A stretch of DNA of 63,765 nt, filler included, from Octopus bimaculoides (GCF_001194135.2; 8 parts of 7 records of this genome joined end to end with filler, not necessarily neighbours in it); one strand, 5' to 3'; shown: positions 37,575-49,551, numbered from the whole stretch's first letter. The notes: generated by a model from the letters alone, not told the origin. Numbers and translations are program-made.

Positions 37575-39490
37575 TTCGTAACACAGTGTAGGTAAAAATG
37601 CACCGGATTCTTTAGTCATCTGCCAAGTCATAACAAGAACCTCAAATAGATAATACTTTCTTTAAGATTTACCCTGTGCCCAATAAGGCCGCTTTTTGCA
37701 AGAGACCAATCTTGCATGGGATTTCCAGTTGCCTTAAGCAGTCTTAAAGTCTCAATGGGATCGAGCCCAAGGCTCCGATCAGCACTGGTATCACTTTTAC
37801 TTTTCCCTCTCGCAATGTATACTGTGTTGCCATTTCCATTTTCAATTCGGAGTACTTGATAATTTTTTCAACCTCTTTACTCACAACATTCATGTCATTT
37901 GGTATGGCTACATCAATGACCTGACAGTATTTGTCTCTCTTATTCAACATGACAATATCCGGCCGACAGTGTTCGATTACACGATACTTGTGAAAATCAT
38001 AGTCCCAGAGTATCGTTACTTTTCCATCCTCCTGCATAACTTTACTTCGTACATACTCATACCAATTCTCTGTTACTCCATATTGGTATTTATGGCATAA
38101 AAGCCAATGAAGAAACACACACATTTTATCGTGGCGGCGCTTGCATTCTTTTTGTGCAAGGCTCACACATCCATTTCCCAAGTGGGCCACATTTTCCACA
38201 CACTTTTCACAAAGTCTCCATTTCAGAGTGTCAGAAGTTTTATCGATGTTATACTTCACTGACTTGGTAGAGAGAGTTTGGTCTTGTGCAGCATTGATCA
38301 GGCTTTTGGTACTACGCTTCAAATCACCTCACTCAAGACATGACCACGATGTTGTATTATCCTTAACGTCCTGTGTATTCCTTTCAAACTGTCCATGCAT
38401 TCTCATTTCAAGAAGGTCTTCTTTTCTCTTCTTCTCAGCTCTTTGGTTAAACTTTTCCTTGCCTATCATCTCATCTGCATTTACACCCAAATCTTTCGCT
38501 GCATATTGCATCAGTTCTTCATCACTATTTCTCAAATACTCGGTAAGCGTTCTCCTTTCACTCTTTATACAATGGTCTATACTAATTAGTCCTCTGCCAC
38601 CATTCATTCTTTTCATATACAGTCTGTTTACGTTTGCTTAAATGTGTAGCGCCCCATGCAGTGTCATCAACTTTCTCTTCCTTCTATCCAGTGTTGATAT
38701 TTCCTCCTTACTCCATTTGAGGATGGACGCACTATATCTGATTGCCCAGATATTTATTGCGCTAATCAAATTTTTGGCATTCAAGTTGGATTTCAACACC
38801 ATCTTCACCATTTTTTGATACGCCTCACTAACCTTGACCTTCATTTCTCTGAGTAGACTGTCACCCGGCTCCAAAATATCCATACCCACTACCGTCGGGT
38901 TCACTCATGTTCTCTCCTGATGGGAACCGCAATCTTCTGCAGGCTGCTTTATTCCTTCTTTTCATATTACGTACTGAGCATTTGGTAATCCAAAATTCCA
39001 TACCGATATCCCTACCATACTTCTGGACTGTTTTGGTTAAGAAATCTATCTGTTTTTCAGATCTCCTAAACAATTACAGGTCATCCATAAACAGAAGACG
39101 GTTCATCCTAAGAGTCATTTTTATGGGTATTAGTGCAATTATAAATAGTAACGGAGAAAACGTGTGGCCTTGGAACATGTCCCTTTTAATATTAACTTCT
39201 CCAAGGAATACATTATTTGAGTACAATTTGGTTTTCGACTCTTTTATGCTATGCATCAGAAAAATTGTGATATGACAGCAACACCAAACATTTGCAGGCA
39301 TTCAACGATCCAAGAATGGGGAATCATATCATATGCCTTCTTTAAGAAGGCATATGATAGACATGTTTGTATGATGTTTTTTAGAATGCCTCAAAACTGT
39401 TTTATTGATGACCAGCTGATATTTGGTGCCCTGAGAACTCTTCCTACATCCTTTTAGTTCCCTTGATAGTATTTTTTCCTGTGCAAGGAT
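37575..39490 (-). mobile_element. 5'-truncated R4/Dong-type LINE (third family): RT, CCHC and RLE
   Basis: GCRKSSQGTKYQLVINK, RDMFQGHTFSPLLF..LLFMDDL, GGRGLISID, LINAAQDQ, CRLCEK-like WRLCEKCVENVAHL..C..RRHD, RPDIVML..DVAIP..KYSEL, GALGSI. Confidence 0.92.
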
Positions 39491-39493
39491 TAC

Positions 39494-39539
<46 letters not shown>

Positions 39540-39838
39540 CCGGGGAAGTTTAACATGTGAGTACGATAAATCACTGCTCCGAAACTTATCCAAAAACATC
39601 GGAAATAAAGACATCGCATGGAGCCCAAATATAGCTGACAAAGGGTTGGACTATACCCGAGTAAGTAATACTCATTGAAATTTATTCCTATTTTTACAAA
39701 TATAATGATGTATTTTAACTTGATACCTCCACTACCCGNNNNNNNNNNNNNNNNNNNNNNNNNNNNNNNNNNNNNNNNNNNNTTAATTAATTAANNNNNN
39801 NNNNNNNNNNNNNNNNNNNNNNNNNNNNNNNNNNNNNN

Positions 39839-40271
39839 TTAAATCATTTCTGCCATGTGGTAGAGCGATGTCACCATCACCACATGGCAGAGTGAGATAA
39901 CCAACCATGTGCTGGGTGCTGACGCCATTCTACCATGTGGTGTGTGCTTAAATCATTTCTGCCATGTGGTAGAGCGATGTCACCATCACCACATGGCTGA
40001 GTGAGATAACCATGTGATGGGTGCTGACGCCATTCTACCATGTGGTGGGAGCTGAAGTCATTTCTACCATGTGGTAGAGCGATGTCACCATCACCATATG
40101 GTAGAGTGAGATAACCATGTGGTGGGGTGCTGATGTCACCCTGTCATGTGGTGGTGTTGATATCGCTCTGCCATGTGGTGGATGCCGATGTCACCCTACC
40201 ATGTGGGGTGGTGCCAATGTCACCGTCATGTGGTAGGGTGCTGGTGTCACTCTACCATGTGGTGATGCTGG
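39839..40271. repeat. Higher-order minisatellite (~105-109 bp unit made of ~25-28 bp CCATGTGGT monomers)
   Basis: Units start near 39839, 39948 and 40053, then decay into single monomers. One monomer per unit is inverted. Confidence 0.9.
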
Positions 40272-40416
40272 TGTCACTCTACCATGTGGTGAGTATTAGG
40301 AAATATGAATTCGGAGAATTCATTTGAGCGTGGTCGATGCCAGTTCCGGCTGATTGGTCTCGTGTTGATGGCACCTAAAAAGCATCATTCAAGCGTAGTC
40401 ATTGCTAGTGCCCCTT

Positions 40417-40758
40417 GACTGGCCCCTTTTCCGTAAAAAGTGTTGGAGAGAACCAGGGAAACAACGTCATAACAGCGAAAGACATACAGAGAGCGCGATT
40501 TATTTTGAAGGGTTTAGAGTTAGGGCTAGGGTTAGGTTTACGGTGTTAGGGTTTGCGTTAGGGAAGTCCGTCCCTAACCGTAACCGTAACCGTAACCCTA
40601 ACCCTAAAACCGTAACCCTGACACTAAAACCCTAACACCGTAGTGAAGATCGTGCGGGTGTTACGGAAAAGGCCGATCTTTGGTAAAGATCACCGAAGAC
40701 GACTTTTTACGGAAAAGGCCGATATTTAGGACTCGTACCGAAAGATCGCGGGCCAGTG
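40417..40758. mobile_element. Non-autonomous foldback-like element with internal inverted telomere-like repeats
   Basis: Perfect 17 bp inverted repeat (40425-40441 and 40702-40718) flanking a TTAGGG-like tract (40509-40563) and a CCCTAA/CCGTAA-like tract (40572-40636). Confidence 0.65.
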
Positions 40759-41916
40759 GATTCTATCGATCTCAGTATTGGATTAAATCTTTATGCTTAG
40801 CGAACACCTCACCTCCATGCTAGGATGAAAGCAAATTCGACTTCGGCAGGATTTGGACTCACAACGTAAAGAACCAGAAGAAATGATGCTAANNNNNNNN
40901 NNNNNNNNNNNNNNNNNNNNNNNNNNNNNNNNNNNNNNNNNNNNNNNNNNNNNNNNNNNNNNNNNNNNNNNNNNNNNNNNNNNNNNNNNNNNNNNNNNNN
41001 NNNNNNNNNNNNNNNNNNNNNNNNNNNNNNNNNNNNNNNNNNNNNNNNNNNNNNNNNNNNNNNNNNNNNNNNNNNNNNNNNNNNNNNNNNNNNNNNNNNN
41101 NNNNNNNNNNNNNNNNNNNNNNNNNNNNNNNNNNNNNNNNNNNNNNNNNNNNNNNNNNNNNNNNNNNNNNNNNNNNNNNNNNNNNNNNNNNNNNNNNNNN
41201 NNNNNNNNNNNNNNNNNNNNNNNNNNNNNNNNNNNNNNNNNNNNNNNNNNNNNNNNNNNNNNNNNNNNNNNNNNNNNNNNNNNNNNNNNNNNNNNNNNNN
41301 NNNNNNNNNNNNNNNNNNNNNNNNNNNNNNNNNNNNNNNNNNNNNNNNNNNNNNNNNNNNNNNNNNNNNNNNNNNNNNNNNNNNNNNNNNNNNNNNNNNN
41401 NNNNNNNNNNNNNNNNNNNNNNNNNNNNNNNNNNNNNNNNNNNNNNNNNNNNNNNNNNNNNNNNNNNNNNNNNNNNNNNNNNNNNNNNNNNNNNNNNNNN
41501 NNNNNNNNNNNNNNNNNNNNNNNNNNNNNNNNNNNNNNNNNNNNNNNNNNNNNNNNNNNNNNNNNNNNNNNNNNNNNNNNNNNNNNNNNNNNNNNNNNNN
41601 NNNNNNNNNNNNNNNNNNNNNNNNNNNNNNNNNNNNNNNNNNNNNNNNNNNNNNNNNNNNNNNNNNNNNNNNNNNNNNNNNNNNNNNNNNNNNNNNNNNN
41701 NNNNNNNNNNNNNNNNNNNNNNNNNNNNNNNNNNNNNNNNNNNNNNNNNNNNNNNNNNNNNNNNNNNNNNNNNNNNNNNNNNNNNNNNNNNNNNNNNNNN
41801 NNNNNNNNNNNNNNNNNNNNNNNNNNNNNNNNNNNNNNNNNNNNNNNNNNNNNNNNNNNNNNNNNNNNNNNNNNNNNNNNNNNNNNNNNNNNATATATAT
41901 ATATATATATATATAC

Positions 41917-42085
41917 ACGCAGGAGTGGCTATGTGTTAAGAAGCTTCCTTCTCAACCAAATACTTCCGGATTCAGTCCATCTGCGTGGGACAATGGTCAA
42001 GTGTCTTCTACTATATCCTCAGGCCCTCCAAGTCTTTGAGTGGATTTGGTGGACGGAGGTTAAAAGAAGCCAGTTTGCCCGATGA
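41917..42085 (+). mobile_element. SINE family C
   Basis: GCAGGAGTGGCTATGTG..GTTCAGTCC-like..GGTCAAGTGTCTTCTACTAT..GAGTGGATTTGGT..AAAGAAGCC. Confidence 0.8.
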
Positions 42086-42754
42086 CAAGTGGGCCTCTGC
42101 GCCATTAGAAGCCATATATAAGGAGGGGGGGGCCTATGTTAGTATCTAAGGGGGCCCATCTCCTCAAGTTTGAGAATTTTTAAAATTTACTCCTGGAAGA
42201 ATGCATTAATTATTTCATCCTGGCTGTGTTTGTAGACAGTTGAAAAGAATACTTTTAACAAAAGAAAACAAATTAAATGATAGTATTGTAGTTGTGGGTG
42301 GGTCCCCTTAGTCTCCTGGTAACCAATATTTTTGAGACCCAGTCCACCACTCAGGAGTGACTGTGTGGTAAGTAGCTTGCTTACCAACCACATGGTTCCG
42401 NNNNNNNNNNNNNNNNNNNNNNNNNNNNNNNNNNNNNNNNNNNNTTAATTAATTAANNNNNNNNNNNNNNNNNNNNNNNNNNNNNNNNNNNNNNNNNNNN
42501 TTATCTTCTATTTCTTCATCTTTATCATCTGAAATAAAAGAAATATTCATTTTGTCAATGAAAAATAACCAAACAACCAGCAGAAGATTTCTTATGTTGC
42601 AGCTTTAAGATTAAATATTAATTCTAGTCTTTTCTGTTTAGTGAAGAGCTATCATTTCCTGAAATAATGAAGTTAATCTGAAAAAGACTATCACCTTATC
42701 CCTGTGGGGAGTGATGTGAACTGCTCTTTAATTATTGCTATATATTACCATCTA

Positions 42755-42990
42755 GTCCAATGTCCATGCTGGCATGGATTAAATAGTTTGACCAGGGTTG
42801 GTAAACTGAGGGGCTGCACCAGACTCCGGTCTGATCTGGAATGGTTTCTACAGCTGGATGCCCTTCCTAATGCCACCCACTGAGAATGTAGCGTATGCTT
42901 TTTACGTGCCAGACAGGTGGCACTGGCATTGGCTACACTCGATTAGTGCTTTTTACATGCCACTGGCACAGGTGGCACTGGCATCGGCCA
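42755..42990 (-). mobile_element. RTE-family 3' terminal (UTR) segment
   Basis: TCCATGCTGGCATGG..GTTTCTACAGCTGGATGCCCTTCCTAATGCCA..GCTTTTTACGTGCC, homologous to 48158-48290 and continuing into 43815. Confidence 0.65.
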
Positions 42991-43204
42991 CGCCCAGAAG
43001 ATACAAGAATCTTTATTCATCACTATAATCATTTTGACCCATTTAGCATTGATCCCTCACAGGTGGGATGCTGTACAACTGGTTCAGGTGTATCTTTTGG
43101 TATAGATGTGTCTGAGGTGACTTCAAGAGGCATCTCATTACAATAAACTCTGTTTCACACAGCTTATCAATGCAAATGTTCTACTTGGTTTTGTAGATAG
43201 AAAT

Positions 43205-43812
43205 GGCAAATTAATGAATATCAGAAATCCCTTCAGGTAGTTGCCCTGCTCGATCTGTAGAAAAGGTGTAGGTAGAAACTCCATAAGATGTACCTGGTGT
43301 AAGCTAAGGACACATAAGGAAGGTTAACTGGAAAGATAGTTTTTGTGTGTGGAAAGTGCACAGGGGCAATAAACACTGAAGATGTACAGAAAACAGATTC
43401 CATCACATGCAAGGGGGAAAAACTAGAAGTAGCTGACGGCTTCTGTTACCTAGGTGACCAAGTCAGTAGCAGGGGGTGGATGTCCTGAAAGTGTAACTGC
43501 TAGAATAAGAATAGCCTGGGCAAAGTTCAGAGAGCTCCTACCTCTGCTGGTAACAAAAGGCCTCGCACTCAGAGTGAAGTCTAGACTATTTGATGCATGT
43601 GTGAGAACAGCCATGCTACATGGTAGCAAAACATGGGCCATGACTGCTGAGGATATGCGTAGGCTTGCCAGAAATTAAGCTAGTATGATCCACAGGTTGT
43701 GTAACGTCAGTGTGCATACACGACAGAGTGTAAGCGCCCTGAGAGAATAGTTGGGCATAAGAAGCATCAGATGTGGTGTGCAACAGAGATGACTGCGTTG
43801 GTATGGTCATGT
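43205..43812 (+). mobile_element. RTE-clade LINE fragment (PHD-like Cys region + post-RT region)
   Basis: PCSICRKGVGRNSIRC and GGGCPESVTARIRIAWAKFRELLPLLVTKGLALRVKSRLFDACVRTAMLHGSKTW. Confidence 0.9.
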
Positions 43813-43814
43813 GA

Positions 43815-44850
43815 GTGTAGTGGGTGCTTTTTACATGCATTGGCAATGACCATGCTTGAATGGTGCTTTTTACATGCCGCTGGCATAAGAGCCAGTCAGG
43901 CAGTACTGGCATCAGCCACGACAATGATTTCACTTGACTCAACAGGTCTTCTCAAGTACAGTTTATTGCCCAATGATTGATGGTTACTCTTAAATGGGCC
44001 GGTTATGCTACACTGGCATAGGCCACAGTTATGGTCTCACTTGGCATGCCAGGTCTTCTCAAGCACAGCATATCTCCAAAGGTCTCGGTCAATCATCATC
44101 GCCTCCGAGAGGCTCAACATTTGAAGGTTATGATTCACCACTTCATCCCAGGTCTTCCACAGGTTTCCTTTACTGATAGAGTGTGTCACTTTTTCACACA
44201 GCTGTCCTCATCCAGATGCATCACATGACCATACCAGCGCAGTCGTCTCCCTTGCACACCACATCTGATGCTTCTTGTGCCCAACTTTTTTCTCAGGGTA
44301 CTTACACTGTCATGTGTGTACACTGACATTACACATCCAGTGGAGCATCCTGGCTTCATTTCATGCAAGCTTACACATGTCCCCAGCAGTCACAGTCCAT
44401 GTTTCACTGCCATGTAGCATGGCTGTTCGCCCACATGCATCATACAATCTACCTTTCACTCTGAGCAAGAGGCCCTTTGCCTCCAGCAGAGGTAGGAGCT
44501 CTCAGAGCATCCACCCCCAACTACTGACTTAGTCACTTAGGTAATGGAAGCTATCAACTACTTCTAGTTTTTTTCCCTTTGGAATGTGACAGAAGTTGTT
44601 TCTTGCACATTTTCAGCGTTTATTGCCCTTGAGCCTTTGCCACACACAAAAACTATCTTCCCTGTTAGCCTTCCTTTGATAATGCTTCCCCTCTTATGTG
44701 CCCATTGCTTACACCAGGTACATCTTATGGAGTTTCTACCTATGCCTTTTCTACAGATTGAGTAGGGTCATCTACCTGAAGGGAATTGTGGTTTGTCTGT
44801 CTTCCTACTTATTAAGACTTTGGTTTTTGCTAGTGATAATTAGCAGTACG
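43815..44850 (-). mobile_element. RTE-clade LINE 3' portion incl. C-terminus and UTR, inverted relative to 43205-43812
   Basis: LAKTKVLISRK..SICRKG, RRLRWYGHVMHLDEDSCVKK and C-terminal KTWDEVV-type motif, then UTR. Confidence 0.9.
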
Positions 44851-45419
44851 GAAAGGGTGGAGAGCAACAGTATAATGAACGTGCAGAGGGATCTGAAAAT
44901 CAGCTATTTGGGGTGGGAGTGTATAGAAGAGAGAGGGGGAGTGATATGCGGTGTCAGAGATGGTAGTTTGAGGGACGAAGGGTGGATGTTGTGAGTTGCA
45001 AACAAAAGTAGGGGACATTGATGGTAGATATGAGAGGATTATGAGGATGATTAGCAGATAAAAGAAAGTATTAAGGATGAGATAAGACATTGTAGCCGAG
45101 GAGAGAGGGAGAAATAATTGGTGGCACAGAAAAGGGGTCATCAGTGGAAAACAATGAGAGAAGTGATGCTATTGAGAATGATGGATGGATGTCAAATGAA
45201 GTGGTTGCAAGAGGAGGGATAACTGGTAGCACAAAAATATGTGCAGATTCTGCTCACATAGGAGTACAGTAGGTGAATAGTGCCATAGTCAGAAGAGTGA
45301 CAAACAGATGAGAAGGAGGAATGACTTGTCAGGGACAGGTTGGGAGCAGGGTCTGGGCCTTGTGTGCATATAACCCTAAACATAATACTTTTAGGACTTC
45401 ATTTTGCCATGAAAGATGG

Positions 45420-46100
45420 ATTTTTTGAAGATGATGAATCACCAATCATCCTGGTCTTTGACACCTTTTCTGTGAGGCCCAACATTTCGAGGTTGGTTTA
45501 CAATATTATGTTCCACATCTTTCTGGTTGTACTTCTTACACCGGTTCCATCCTTCTTTAGCAACCAGCACTTGTTTATACAGCTGCCCTCGTCCATACAA
45601 CTGCAGCCTTCTCTCTTGCATATCGTATCTGATGCCTCTTTTGCCAACCTCTCTCAACATATACTTTGCTCACACATGCACACTCACATTGCACATAAAA
45701 TGGAGTATATTGGCCTCCATATGTCCTCTGATTCAGGGCCATTGTTTCACTTCCATGTAGAATTACTGTTCACACACAAGCATTATACAATCTACCTTTG
45801 GTTCTGAGAAGGAGAGGACTTTTGTCACCAACAGAAGTAGAAGCTCTCTGAACATTCTCATGTTGGTTCTTGTTCTAGCAACTATACTTTCAGTACATCC
45901 ACCTCCACTGCTAATTAATCTGCCTAAATAGCAGAAGCAGTCTACTACCTCCAGTTACGCTGTATGGAATTTCTACATACACCTTTTCTACATATTGAGC
46001 AGGACCATTTTCCTGAAGAGACTGCAGACCTGTCTGTTTGCCTTCTTTGGTCTTTGCTAAGTTGACTCAGAGGCCCTTTCCCGTTATGCCACAAACACAA
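45420..46100 (-). mobile_element. Third, more degraded RTE fragment
   Basis: SSGKWSCSICRKGVCRNSIQ and GIRYDMQERRLQLYG. Confidence 0.8.
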
Positions 46101-46269
46101 TAACAATTCGACATAAACAAGGAATAAATATAAACATATATGAAACACATTGATTAAAGCAAAATATAATTTAATTGAAAGACCTGGAAAGCATTTAAGG
46201 AAACCAACCCATGTAGAGGGGCAAATCAAGTGAGCTAAGTCAAAGAAGAAAGTCGAACCAGAATATCCC

Positions 46270-47340
46270 AACAATATTGACTTTCTGCCACTCATTCAAA
46301 CTGCTATATTCAAAGGTGCAACTGGACAACTTTACTATTATCCCAAGGATGAAATATTCCACATCCTCTACAAAATTGCACATTAATGGTTCATGGATTG
46401 CTCATGTGATTCTTTTGCTAGTGTTCTCTTGTGTGGGTGTTGCACAAAATCAGAGCAGAGTCCATCTCCTCTTCATTCAACTTGCGGATGCTTAATTTTG
46501 TCTTCTTTTGGTGCACATGATGGTTCTATCAGTTCTTCTTTCGTTTCACAAAGAACTGTGAACGTCATTTGAATGAATCTGGGGTGAGAGGGTGGTGGTG
46601 GTGGGATTCTCCTTATAAGTTTCTCTTGTCTGTACTGTGTCTCCCTGTCACTTCTCTTCTGGAAACTTGGTGCATCCAAAGGCACCCACAAGTATTTCTA
46701 AGGTTGCATGTGACATGAGGTACCCCCACATCATTTGGGTAATTAGTTTTAAGATGTCACAGTTAATTATTGTAGTCTTTAGGGTTAAATGTGGCATGGA
46801 GCTATGCCCTGCAGCAGTAGAGTTACTGCTTTGGGTTCTGAACTCATTATGGGTCACAGCCCTAGAGTGGACTTGGGGTTTTCATGGGCCGTTAGGATTT
46901 ATAAATCTATACTGACCCTTCCTGAGTAAGGTTACCTTTGTGCTGTCCACTTACTCTATAAAGGTGACAACAGACGAGGGACCAATGTCATTGCTGTCAC
47001 TTTTGTGTCCCACTTGACAATGCAGTGCATTAAGGGCCCATGAGTGAATGTTTCTTGCCCTCTTTCTGCCTGCTCTCGTGTCTCACCATTGATCTTGAAG
47101 GTCAGGCAGATGGCAGCATAAGCTTTCTTCTGGTCAGTGAATAAGATGTTGCTTCATACACTGGATAATGCCTCTTTTAGCCATTGTTTTAAGGGCATAC
47201 AGAAAGCCCTTTCCTTTTTGTAAGGCAGAGGTACACTCACTTCTACCTTGCCCACCACTCCTGAACAAGTTCTTCTCATAAGGAAACAAAATCACTTGTA
47301 ACACAATTCTGCCCATTCTCAGACCGAAACTTGTCCATAT
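46270..47340 (-). other. Unidentified, degraded coding-like sequence, probably a retroelement relic
   Basis: Non-repetitive and moderately GC-rich with broken short frames, lying among LINE relics. No diagnostic motif recognised. Confidence 0.25.
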
Positions 47341-48298
47341 TTAGAAGTTACATGTTGTTGTTGTTCTTGTTATTCTCAGCATTGGCATTTTAATTGAAAC
47401 CCTTCCTATATCCTCACACAAAATATAGTTATTAGAACACATTTCTTCTCAAAAATCGTTTTTTTTTAACTACAAATATCTCTTTTTCCTTTATTTGCCA
47501 TTTTTTTTTTTTTTTTTTTGTAATTTTAGAGGTGTTCTTTTGATTTGTTGTTATTGTTGAGTGAAAAACAAGTCAAATTCAAAATGTTTATTAAAAACAT
47601 AGTATTTTGTCCCTGGTTCTAACCTCACAGCCTCTGCTGAAAACCTTGGGGTTGCCACACAAAATGCAGAAGAGGAAAAAAAATCAATGAATACACAGGC
47701 CTGGCCAACAGCTATCAATTTGTGCTGGTCACTGCTAAGATGTTCTAGGACCCCATGCTACCAATATCCTCTGCAAAATAGGGATAATGGCAGCCCTGAC
47801 AAAGAGATGAGCCCTGTGAGTTGGAGTGGCTACTGCAGTGAGTGTCACTGGCCATTCTCTGTGGCACCACCATTACAGTCATTACTGTTGGAGGGGGGGG
47901 GAGCTGAGCACCCCATTTGTTCTGGGATATGTGGCCCCCCTCCCCCCTTCTGCTGCTTTAACTCCACTGCCTTTGGATTTCTTGTAGAAATCATTGTAGA
48001 ATTATGTATCCTTTGAATGGAGCCAAAATATAATTAAATGGAATTTCTCCTTGTCTTGTAAATAAGCCATGACACAGAAATAAATAAACAGTGAGAAAGG
48101 TGAGAAAAAGATATTTGTTCACATCATCATCATCATTATTGTTGCTTAACGACTACTTTCCATGCTGGCATGGGTTAGTCGGATTGACTGGGGTCTGGCA
48201 AGTCAGGAGGCTGCACCAGGTTCCAATCTGATCTGGCAAAGTTTCTATGCCAACCACTCCGAGAGTGTAGTGGGTGCTTTTTATGTGCCAACAAAATA

Positions 48299-48511
48299 AC
48301 AATGATTTCAAATTTTTGGTACAAGGCTGGCAATTTCGGAGGAGGGGGTTAGTGAGTTACATTGACACCCTATCAGTTTTCAACTGATACTTATTTTATC
48401 AGCCCTGAAACTAAGTAAAGGTGTCCCTGGCAACATTTGAACTCAGAATTGCCCTGAGAATTATGCCCAGTGTGCTAACGATTCTGCCAGCTCACCACCT
48501 TAATAATAATG

Positions 48512-48555
<44 letters not shown>

Positions 48556-49203
48556 TTCTACTAAAGGCACATGGTCTGAAATTCCGTGGGGGCGGGGGAT
48601 CAGTTGATTACATCAATCCCAGTGCTTCACTGGTACTTAATTTATTGACCCCCAAAAGGATGAAAGGCAGAGTTGACCATGGTAGTATTTGAACTCAGAA
48701 CGTATAGACAGATGAAAGACTTCTTAGCATTTTGTCCAGCTTGCTAACGATTCTGCCAGCTCACCACCTTAATAACATTCCTTTCTACTATAAGCACAAG
48801 GCCTGAAATTTTGGGGGAGGGGGCCAGTCGATTAAATCGACCCCAGTATGCAGTTGGTACTTAATTTCTTGACCCCGTAAAGACGAAAGGCAAAGTCAAC
48901 CTTGGCAGAATTTGAACTCAGAACTTAACGACAGGCAAAATACCGTTAAGCATTTCGTGCAGCTTGCAACCTTAACAATAATAATAATGTTTTCTACTAT
49001 AGGCACGGGGCGTGAAATTTGGGGGAGTGGGGATAGTGAATTACATCAATCCCAGTATTTCACTGGTACTTAATTTATTGACTCTGAAAGGAGGAAAGGC
49101 AATGTCGACCTTGACGGAATTTGAACTCAGAATGTAGCGGCAGATGAAATACAGCTAAGCATTTCGTGCAGAGTGCTAATGGTTCTGCCAGCTCCCTGCC
49201 TTA
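48299..49203 (-). mobile_element. Array of four head-to-tail SINE family A copies joined by short TAA-type spacers
   Basis: Copies at about 48299-48500, 48553-48771, 48775-48975 and 48988-49203, each with ATTTGAACTCAGAA (reverse B box). Confidence 0.92.
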
Positions 49204-49234
49204 ATAATAATTACAATGATATTAATAATAATGA

Positions 49235-49451
49235 TAATGTGATCATGTACATTGTTTTGTCTTGGTATAAAAGATGGGTCACAGCAAATATCCCTATCAA
49301 AACCACAGATTTGCTTGTCAGTTGTTTGACCTTAACCAGCTGAGCATGTCCCTTGGTGGCTGATGATATGTGCATCTCTGATCACGAGCAGAAATAGTGG
49401 GGGTGCATCATAGCCATGTGTTGAGAGGAATTCTTTGGGGTTTGAATAATT
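49235..49451 (+). mobile_element. Repeat family D fragment, opposite orientation, cut by a scaffold join
   Basis: TCATGTACATTGTTTTGTCTTGGTATAAAAGATGGG..GTTGAGAGGAATTCTTTGGGGTTTGAATAAT. Confidence 0.85.
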
Positions 49452-49551
49452 NNNNNNNNNNNNNNNNNNNNNNNNNNNNNNNNNNNNNNNNNNNNTTAAT
49501 TAATTAANNNNNNNNNNNNNNNNNNNNNNNNNNNNNNNNNNNNNNNNNNNN

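Noticed and set aside
39839-40271. CRISPR-like array
   Set aside because: Eukaryotic context, the spacers are themselves repeated, and there are no cas genes.
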